Shown here piece after piece: positions 1 to 10,200 of a stretch of DNA of 64,000 bases. The position numbers were made by a program, and so were the translations under genes. The notes beneath the pieces are model-generated. The model did no database searches. It saw only the letters and a program-made list of their open reading frames with translations, and was not told the DNA's origin. The stretch lies in contig JBMSEL010000006.1 of the NCBI GenBank assembly GCA_049412325.1, forward strand, positions 3,458 to 67,457, read 5' to 3'. Within the stretch, counting starts at the first letter, position 1. Each line of letters starts with the position of its first letter. This stretch comes from Poseidonia sp. (GTDB lineage Archaea; Thermoplasmatota; Poseidoniia; Poseidoniales; Poseidoniaceae).

Positions 1-1127
1 ACTCGTCAACCGAAGCCCTTGTTTCATTGTTCAATCAACTTTCACCCGATTTGGTGGTCGTTGGGCCTGAAGCTCCGCTTTGTGATGGCTTGGCCGATGC
101 ATGTGCCGAAGCCGGTTTTGCGTGTTTTGGTCCAGTGGCGGCGCTTGCTCATCTGGAGGGCTCCAAACTCCATGCCAAACAAGCCATGCAGGCGGCGGGC
201 GTGCCGACGGCCAGCTACCTTCGCTTGGACAAAACGACCGACCTTGATGCTGCGTTGGACGCCTTTGCCGGCCAGCCATGGGTGGTGAAGCGCGATGTGC
301 TTGCAGGTGGAAAGGGCGTGGTGGTGACGAGCGATCGTGATGAAGCGAGAACCTTCATCGAATTCTCCATCAAAGCAGACGGCTATGTCTTGTTGGAAGC
401 CTTTCTTCCCGGTGAGGAAGCCAGCATGTTGGTGGTCATGGATGGAACAGCCTACCGAACATTGCCTGCGAGTCAAGACCACAAGCGGGCCTACGACGGT
501 GATGAGGGTCCAAACACCGGTGGCATGGGTGCCTATTGCCCGGCACCGGTCGTTTCCCCAGAGGTTCACGCCAAGGTTGTTGAACGGATTGTTGAGCCCA
601 TGCATGCTTACCTGTGTTCACAGCCCGACCCGTACCGTGGCGTGCTGTTCATCGGACTGATGATCGACGAACACGGTGATCCCTACGTTGTTGAATTCAA
701 CGTCCGATTCGGTGACCCCGAGTGCCAGGTCACGCTTCCGCTCGTCGCCACGGACATGTACGAATTGCTGCATGGTGCCGCCACCGACCGTCTTCACGAG
801 GTGGCCCTCGAAGTTCACCAGCAGGTTGCGCTGACCGTGGTGTTGGCTTCTGAAGGTTATCCTGCTTCCCCCATCAAGGGGCGATTGATCGTCGGTTTGT
901 CTGACCTGTTAGCCGAGGAAGTCTACGGTTCGTCATGGGTGAATTTCGCAGGCGTTTCGGTTGATGGTGACGGCCACTTCATCGCCTCCGGGGGTCGTGT
1001 TCTCTCATGCACCGCTCAGAGGGATGACCTCGCGTCTGCCCATGATGCTGCATATGAACTGCTGCAACAACTCACCCTCGAGGGGGGCCACCACCGCACC
1101 GATATCGGCCATCGTGCCATGGAATAA
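1..1127 (+). CDS. purD: Phosphoribosylamine--glycine ligase (5'-truncated by window edge)
   Basis: Frame is open from base 3. Motifs VVVGPEAPL, LEGSK, LAGGKGV, QDHKRAYDGDEGPNTGGMGAY, EFNVRFGDPE and GGRVL. Confidence 0.97.
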   Translation, partial: SSTEALVSLFNQLSPDLVVVGPEAPLCDGLADACAEAGFACFGPVAALAHLEGSKLHAKQAMQAAGVPTASYLRLDKTTDLDAALDAFAGQPWVVKRDVLAGGKGVVVTSDRDEARTFIEFSIKADGYVLLEAFLPGEEASMLVVMDGTAYRTLPASQDHKRAYDGDEGPNTGGMGAYCPAPVVSPEVHAKVVERIVEPMHAYLCSQPDPYRGVLFIGLMIDEHGDPYVVEFNVRFGDPECQVTLPLVATDMYELLHGAATDRLHEVALEVHQQVALTVVLASEGYPASPIKGRLIVGLSDLLAEEVYGSSWVNFAGVSVDGDGHFIASGGRVLSCTAQRDDLASAHDAAYELLQQLTLEGGHHRTDIGHRAME

Positions 1128-1234
1128 ATCGCAAAATTCCCCATGATTCTCTCTTAAGTAAAGAGGGACTGAGCCACATCGGTCTCGGTGGTAACCCGTT
1201 ATACCTAAAAGGGGTTCAGAAGTGGCCAACGACG

Positions 1235-1250
1235 CCAGCCTTGAGGCTGG
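1235..1250. other. Perfect 6-bp hairpin in the leader of the giant AglB gene
   Basis: CCAGCC-TTGA-GGCTGG, with ACCTAAAA direct repeats at 1203-1210 and 1251-1258. Function unknown. Confidence 0.4.
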
Positions 1251-1270
1251 ACCTAAAATGAGGGATACAA

Positions 1271-4200
1271 ATGGATGAACAAATGGATACGAAGGCGAAT
1301 CAGCCAAGTGCCGCAATGGGGTTGCTGCTCGCACCCTTGGCCGTGCTGCTCGCTCTTGCCACTACCCGAGTCGTGGGCATTGAATACGACTTGACGTTGA
1401 ACAACATGATGCCGATGCTGGTCGTCGCCATCGCAAGCATGCTGGCCGTTGCGCCACGCTTGGTTCTGGCTTCGCGACCCAACCTGTCCTCCACCACCGT
1501 TTCCCTCGGCGTGTTGGTGTTGGCCTTGGTCGGCGCCGAAGTGCTCTACATCGTGGCCGATGTCGACGCGTTGGCTGCGCTCATGTTTGCGCTCATCGTC
1601 GTGATCGGTTCGAACTTCGACCTTCGAGGTCGCCACGAATGGGTGACCGCCATGGCCTTTTCCGCTGTCGGATTTTGGCTGGCGATGGCGGCGGCTGGCG
1701 ATGCTTATGCAGCCTTGCCCTCCACCTATTCGATGGAAAGCGGTCAATTGGTTTCGACCATCAACCTCGAGCGTCAAGCCACCGCTTACGTCTTCTTTGC
1801 TTACTGGACGATGTCCACCGCTGCCGGTCTCCTTGCCGGCGTCCTTGCCCGTGGCACGCTCAACCCTGCTGGCTCCGAAGGTTGGTTTTCCTTCCTCGGT
1901 CAAACCAGCGGCTACAACCGTGCTGCGCTGCCGTTGATGGTGGCCTTTGGTGTGTGGGTCCTTGCCTTTGCCGGTTCGCTCTGGCATTTCAACAGCGTTG
2001 AGGTCTTCAATCAACTCGGCATCACCACCGAAGCCGGATACCACGGCTATGTTGGCTACTGGAGTGCCTTCCTGACCGGTGTGGTGGCACTCATTGTTGC
2101 AGGGATGGTCGCCGAGCGCTGGTACACCCGTGCGATGCTCGTCGCCTCGATGTGGACGCTCTACCAAGTTGCGGCTTGGTTCGAAGCTGGCATTTGGTAC
2201 ACCGAAGACCTCGACGGTACATGGGGCGCCTTGATCTGGCTCGCCATCACGTTCTTCATCGGTGTTGGAATTTATTCTCTCGGCAACCACGAGCGCTACG
2301 GTGGCTGGGCCAACCTTGGCGAGCACGAGCCCTCTCAGGCACGTCTCTTCCTCAGGGCTCATGGCGCCAGTATGATGGTCGGTTTGGCCTTCCTCGTCGG
2401 CTTGGCCATTCGTGTTCAGTGGTATGCTGTACCGTCAATGAACGCCTTTGGCACCGGCAACTGGGACATGACCGGTGGTTCCGACCCTTGGTACATGAAG
2501 CGAGTCGTCGACTACATCCTCGCCAACAACGCCCACCTTGTGATGGATGCTGACCGGTCCTACCCCCTCGGTGGAATCAACCCGCGTCCTCCACTCTTCT
2601 CGTGGTCCATGGCCATCGGGGCCATGGTGCTCGAGCCGTTCCTCAGCACACCTGAGGACGCCGTTTGGTGGAGCATGCTGGCCCTGCCAGCCGTGTACGG
2701 TGCTTTGACCGTGTTCCCCATCGCCTCCATGGCCAAGGATCAGTTTGGCAAGGGCGCTGGTGTCCTCGCCGCTTGGCTCATCGCTTTCATGCCGGCTCAC
2801 GTGACCCACTCGACGTGGGCTCTGGCTGACCACGATGCGTTTGTGATGCTGTTCCTTTCTGTCGGTTTCATGTATTGGCTACGTGCGGTCAAGTACGCTG
2901 GTTCGGCTCGAATTACCAAGACGACTTCGCCCCACCCAATGTCCTTTGTTCGTGCTTTCAACGACGTCGCTGCGCATCGTCAGGCCGCCATGGCTAACGC
3001 AGCCTTGGCTGGTGTTGCCTTCGGCATCGTGGCCCTTGGTTGGAAAGGGTTCGTCGTCGGGCCGTCCATCCTCTTCTTGGCCTACGCCTTGCAAGTGGCC
3101 CTGAACATGTTCCGTCGCCGTGATTCCACCTCGCTGAGCGTGATGTTCCTCGTCATGTTGACCACGACGTTCTTGATGGCCATTCCGTTCTACGCCCACC
3201 CACAACTCGACTTGGTGCTGGACGGTACCGGTCTGCAGCCCTTCTTGTTCATCTTTGTCTTCACGATTGCCATCGCCTTCGTGACGACCGGGTTCCGCGA
3301 CAAGCCCTGGCTGCTGGTGCTCGGTACGCTTGGCGGTGTTGCCCTGGTGTTCTTCCTCTTGCTCTACGTGCTCAAGACCCTCAACTTATCCGACGCCTGG
3401 GACGTGTTGTTCACTGGAGGTGGCTACTTTACCAAGACCAAGATTTTCGGTACTGTTGCTGAAGCAAATGCTCCAAACCGAGCCCAACTCTTTGCGTCGT
3501 TTGGACCCATCACCTTCCTGCTCGCCCTCATCATGGGAGGCGGCCTGCTGTGGCGAGGTCTTCGCCAGCGCAACGCTACCGCTTTGGTGTTCGGTGTTTG
3601 GGTCTTCACTGCCACGTTCATGGCTTGGAACGCTGCTCGTTTCATGTTCAACGCCACGCCCATCATGGCCATCCTCGGTGCCGCAGGCATTGTCGCCTTG
3701 TGGCAGTGGGCCAACTGGAGCGGCTTGGTTCGCTCGTGGAAGAAATATGGAATTCGCACGCCAGCAGACCGCATTTCCGGTGCACGGAAGGCCGTTTGGC
3801 GCTCGCCCCAATTCTCGGCCGTCTTCCTCGTGATGATCATGATTTTCGGTCAGCAAGCCACCTACGGTCTTGATTCGGCCATTCCCGGTACCTCGAACCA
3901 GGAATCGGAAATTGACGAGCGCATCTACAACATCGTTCCCGATATTCTCCGGTTTGACGGCCTTGGCTTCTCCGTTCTCGACAGCAGCACCTACGACGGC
4001 CGCTGGTACCTCGGAAGCTTCGGTTCATCGTTCAACGATAACGGTTGGAACGCTGCTTACGACTGGCTGGCCAATCAGGACGCCGACATGGGGTATTCTC
4101 ACAAGCCGGCCTTTGTCTCATGGTGGGATTATGGTTTCCAAGCCATGAGCACCGGTGACCACCCCTCGGTTTCAGACAACTTCCAGACCGGTATCCCGGC

Positions 4201-7200
4201 CACAGGAAACATGTTGCTCGCCCGCAACCAAGATGACTTGACGGCCATGTTCATTTGGCAACTGGCCGAGGGTGATCGGGTCTATGCGACCGAAGGCACG
4301 GACCATCAACTGACCCCGGCGTTCGCTGGTGCTGTTCAGAAGTACCTCAACGATGACCAGTGGTCTGACTTTGCGACTTTGCAGTTGAACTTTGGAGAGG
4401 AAATGGTTCCGTTCATCGAAGAGCGCTCATTCAGTGTCCTGAAGACCAACCGAGATGTTGTGATGGCCGAGGGTTACCTCCACACCGCTGGCGTTTTCAG
4501 CGGTGAGAAGGTCTACAAGATCTACAAGGATCAAGTCGCCATCCCGTGCACCGACGCTGTGTCCACGAGTTGTGTTGGTGATGCATGGAGTTCCATGGAC
4601 CAAGCCGACATCACCTTCAACAACAACATCCGAACCTCCGAGGAGACGGTCGAAAGCCGTACGCACATCATTATCGGAGACTACTGGTACACTGCAGACC
4701 TGCTTGACGAATACCTCTCGGTTTCAACGTCCATCCACCGGCACAACGCCCGTCTGGCCCTGGTGACGCAGTTGCTCACCGCTGCCTTTGACGCCCACCC
4801 CACCGCTACCATCCACGACCTCTACAACGACATCATCAACATGGAAAACTTGTACAGAGTACAAAACTACGAAGGCGCTCCTGGAGAAACGATCACCCGA
4901 AACCACGAAATCCGATACTTTGCGATCGATGACCGCCTCTACCCACGCGCTGGCCGCTACACGGCGGACGCCAACTACAACCGTGGACAACCCATGGGCA
5001 TTTTTGGTGCACCAACCATCCTCTCGGGCCAGGACATTGGCACCTACATGGACGAAGTGTACGAAACGGTCCGTGGCGACTTCCAAGACGAAATGACTCG
5101 CGAGGAAGTTGACGAAGCCATGCAGAAGGACTTCCTCAACCAGCAAGCCGGTGCTGACATCGACCTGCTGCAGATTGAGGATGTTCGTGTGGACCACAAC
5201 CCCGCCTTCTTCGACACCATGGTTGCCCGAACTTATGTCGGCTATGGCGCTTCAACGCTCGGCCTCAACGCTGGTTCCAGCAACCCACAACCATCGCAGC
5301 ATTTCGGTCAGTCCGGTTCTCCCGGGACCATCATGACCAATGCTCTGCCGTTGCCGGGTGCCATGATGAACCACTACGTTATTGCTAACTGGTACAGCGA
5401 ATCGCCTGAGGACCAGATTCAGTCGACCAACACCTTGGTCAAGATTCTGAAGTACTACCCCGGTGCAGAGATGACCGGTCAAGTCACGATGAGCGACAAC
5501 GGCGAGGGCCTTCCTGGTGTTCGATTGTTGATCGAGCGTGATGCCTTTTCCGGCGAAACAGGCGAGGACCTTGACGAGGACACGTACTGGGTCCCTATCG
5601 GCTTTGTTGACGCCGACGACGACGGACGCTACAGCTTCCTCGCTCCAGCCGGTAAGATTCGTGTCACGGCCTTCGCAGGTGTCTTTGACGCCAGTGCCGC
5701 ACGGGACAACATCCGAGATGGTTCCTATGGTGAGCGCCTCAGCGATATCCTGACCGAAACCAATGATGACCGTCAAATCAACGAAATCACGGCCATCCTC
5801 GGTCAAGTCGCCAACATGACCTGGTTAGGCGAGTCCCTCACCAACGTCACCGCTGACGAAGCAAACCGAGATGTTGCCATGGCCAGTACGGTGGACATCG
5901 CTGTCAAGAGCAGTGGTGTTTCCGGTACGGTCTCGTGGACCGGTGATGAAGCCTTCAACGGCGACCCCATCTCCGAAACGACCTTCATCTTGCGTAACAT
6001 TTGGTCCATGACCGACAACTACACCGTTGAAACCACGAGCGGCTCCTTTACCTCTGATGAATCCCGCATCCTCCAAGGAACGGGTGAAGCCACCTTGGTG
6101 GAAGAAGGTTCCTTTGACAGCGAAGGGATTGCCCTCGCCAGCAACTTCATCGGAAACTTCACCAGAGACATTGGCAATGAGCGAACATTCTTTGCCAATG
6201 GAACCTGGTCTGGCAACGGTGTCATCGAAGCTTCGTGGGTTGAACCCAGCGATGTGGTCAACTGTGAATTCGACAACGATTCCAACGCCGTGATGCCTAC
6301 CAACGAAACGTTCTGTCTGATCGACGACAGTGGTGACCTCCCCACCTACCGCCTTGAGGGGTCCGTTGACGCCATGGGCACCTTCACTTCAGAGGGCACC
6401 TCAACGTTGATTCGCAGCTACGGTGATGCCGAGGCTGGTCAAGGTGAAACCCTTGAGGGTGCTGGCCTGTTCGAAGGTACGGGTACCTTCAACGGCACGG
6501 GCCTGTTCATCGGTGTCGGTACCTTCTCCGGTCCCATGGTGGAACCCGGCTCGTTCTACAAGACTGGCCTCCTCCCGGGAACGTACAACATGATTGCCCA
6601 ACTGTCCAACGGGAAGGAGGTGCTCCTTCCAGACCCCGTTGAAATTGGTATCGAACCGAGTTATGACTTGGACATGACCATGCCGGGTGCTATCTTCAAG
6701 GACACCTTGAAGGACATGCACGGCGACGCACTCCCCAATCAGACGATTGAGTGGATTGACGTTCAACTCGGTGAGGACGCTGCTGTGTTGATCACGACCG
6801 ATGAGGAAGGAAACTTCTCCTACGGCCCGATTCCACCCGGTGAATACTACTACAGAGGCGATGTCGATGACGACGGTTGGTATGACTTCAACGAATCAAC
6901 CTTCGTCAATGATGATATCTCCAACATCACGTTGTCACTCAACGTCCCTGACACTGTTGACGTCACCCTCACGTTGGTCTCACCGGTTGACCCGTTGACC
7001 CAAGAGGCCTTGTTCGATGTGTCGAACCGCACCATCACGTTCCAGAACGAAGTTGAACTGTTGGAACCCATCAACGTGACCAGCGATGAGAACGGCGAAA
7101 TTTATGCTGAACTCTTGTTCGGTGTTTGGGACATTCGCGACGATGAGAACCCCGAGTTCGTGCTCTTCGACCAAATTGAACTCGAGCCGGGCACGGAAGA

Positions 7201-10200
7201 TCTGATTCAAGATGTGACCTACGCTCAAGCTGCTTACATCAACGGTTCCATGCGAAACTACCCCGGCGTTACCGTCGACGAGTGGAACACATGGGACGAT
7301 GAAACACCCGAAGAAAACCGTGAACAGACCACTCAACCTGCCACAGGCCTGACGGTGAACTTTGTTTCCGACGACCTTGCGTTCTCCGCTGTGACCAATA
7401 TCACTGGACACTTCTCCGTCAGGGTTCCGTCCGGTTTCACCTATCACATGACGACAGAAAGTGTTGTCACCAACCGTGGATACGGTGCCTTGGTGGCGGT
7501 TGAAACCGGCGTCGACGCCGATTTGGGCATGCTCTACATCGAGCCAACCAGTTTGGTGAACGGCGTTGTCCATCTTTACGACAACACCACACGTTGGGAC
7601 TCCTCGTTCCCGCTCTGGGAAGCACCCGAAGTCGTCGCCACCAACGCTGCCGGTTTGATGTGGACCACCACCACGAACGAACTTGGCGACTTTGCGTTTG
7701 ACCTGCCCAACGGTGTATGGACCATTTCGCTCACCGATGAACGATTGAATGCCACGGCGATTGAAGACTTGGCGGTGAACCGATCCAGCACGGAAAGCAT
7801 CTCCACCATGCTGGTCATTGCACACCCCGAGGCCGTTGATGTTGAGATGCATGTGTACCTCAACTCCGCTGAGGACGGCACCTTCGAGAACGGCACAGCC
7901 TCCACACCTGCCTTCACGCTGAAGCCCATTGCCGAGAACCGTGATCCAATTTACTACACGGCCGACGACTACAGCGAACCGGGCATCATCACCGTTTCCT
8001 TGACCCCTGGTGGGTACGACGTGATGTTCAACCGAACGGCTGCTTCCGATGAAAATGCTACCGATTACGACTTGGTTGGTGAGTCCTTCTTTGATGCGAT
8101 TCGCATCGGCCTTGACGCCGTGGATGAACCTTACGACGTGGCCCTCAAGAACACATACTTGGTGTCTGGGACCCTGTTTAACACCACGGACGATGGCATC
8201 GCGAACGACTTCCTGTTGTACAACGAGGCAGACGAAAAGTGGTTCAACATCGGTTCGGACGAAAACGGAAGCTTTGCAGCCTATGTTCCAGCAGGCGAGT
8301 GGCTCATCATCGTCGCTCCGTTCAGTAATGGTGACCACACCGAGACTCTACGACAACCATTGACGGTTGATGCCGATTCAGTTCGTACCGGTCTTGAGTT
8401 GACAACCAGCATAAGCGTCGAGGTTTCGATGCAACTCCTTGAGGCTGTCACGGAAACCGCCTTGAGCGACATGACGGTCACCGCTGTGAGCCACGATGGT
8501 TTTGGCAACATCACCTTTGAGCGAACCGATGCAGAGGGCAACGCCTCAGAATTGATCATGCCGGGTACATGGAGTTTCTACTTCAACCGAACCATTGGCA
8601 CAAAGTCTTGGTTCATGGACACCAGCGACAGTCCGTTCAACACGGAGGCCGCTGACGAGAACCATACGCTCGTCCTCGACCCTGTCTATGCCACGCTGGA
8701 GGTTGAAATCGGCGGCAAGGTCTACTGGGATCTTGACAACAACAGTGCCCCGAGTTTGGGTGAGGGTTTGCCTGAAATGAACGTCACCATCGTTGGAAAC
8801 AACAACTCTGAGGTCTCAACCACCGTTACCACCGACGATGAAGGTGTTTGGCGTGTCTTTGTGCCCATCCGTGATGTGTACAACGTGACCGTTGAGAAGG
8901 AAGGATTTGAGACGGTCTACTACGCAACTGAGGACCAGAATGGATACACCGTTCACGACAGTCCTGATTCCACGGACATTGAAGTCACGGCCGGCCTCGT
9001 TGAAGTTGAAGGAACGGTAACCGACCAGCTGGATGCTGACCGTTTGGTGGATGCCACCATCGTGTTGTACCCTGTTGCGGGTATTGAGCGAGATGCTGTC
9101 ACAGTGAGCGGCACCATGAACGACACCACACTGGAATGGTCCACCAGCGTCCAACCCGGTGATTGGGTCGTGGTGGTCTCCCAGAACAACCCTGGTCCCA
9201 ACGGTGGCGGCGTTGCCATCGGTCTGCTCGAGGCCTCTGTCGCCAACGGTGGAAACATCAGTTTGGTGATGGCCCTTGGCGGCTACGTTGACCTGACGAC
9301 GTCTTGGACTGACATTGATCAAAACGAGCACCACGCTGGTTCGGACGATGCAGGCTCGGACATGATCGAGGGCACCGTTGAACTGGAGGTTTCGTTTGAC
9401 GGCCAATCGTGGATGGTTGATGTTCCTGCGAGCGGTGAACTGCGAGATTTGTTCCCCGAGGGCAGCGTGTCCTTTGATGGTGAATTCATGACGGTTCAGC
9501 ATGCAACGGCGGTTGAGATGGAGTACTACGGTGGCCAAACCACCACCATCACGGCCGATTCGACCATTGCAGCCACGCTTCAATTCAACCGACGTGTGAA
9601 CTCTGCCCTTGACATCACGTTCAACGATGCGTCCCTCAGCGATGGGACCTTGTTGAACGCAGCCGATGGGGAGATTGAAGCCGTGGTGTCGTCCACCAAC
9701 GGGTCAGTGTACTCGACCATCACCTTTGATTACGACATCGCCTACAATGGCACTGAAATCATGGATGTCTTCACCGTTGAAGGCGAAATAGGTCTGGCCC
9801 AAGACTCCGATTTGTGGACGGTCCAATTCTGGAACGCCACCAGCGAGGCCTACGAAGACTCTGTCAGCGTTTCACTTGGTATTGGTGATGCTGATACCGA
9901 TGCTATCTTGAGCACTTCAGTGAAGGTCCAGATCACGCTACCAGAAGTGGCGGAGGCTTGGCACTTGGCCAACGGCCATCGCATGACCATGCGCCTCCAA
10001 ACAGATTTGGGCGAATCATCCCAAGCTTCGGTGAAGGTGTTCGTGCCTCAATCGTTTGACTTCACGGTGTCGGATGCGACCGAAGAACTGGGCATGTCAG
10101 CGTTGGTTGAACGCCAATTCTCCTTTGCCTTGACCAACAACGGCAACGGGCAAGACTCCTTCACGATTGAACTGCTTGAGAGCGGTGTTCCTGAAGGTTG

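Noticed and set aside
6980-8338. Long antisense ORFs (452 aa here; also 1253-2362, 8816-9583, 32746-33459 and others)
   Set aside because: They are shadows of long genes with biased codon usage. They have no motifs and lie wholly opposite well-supported CDSs.
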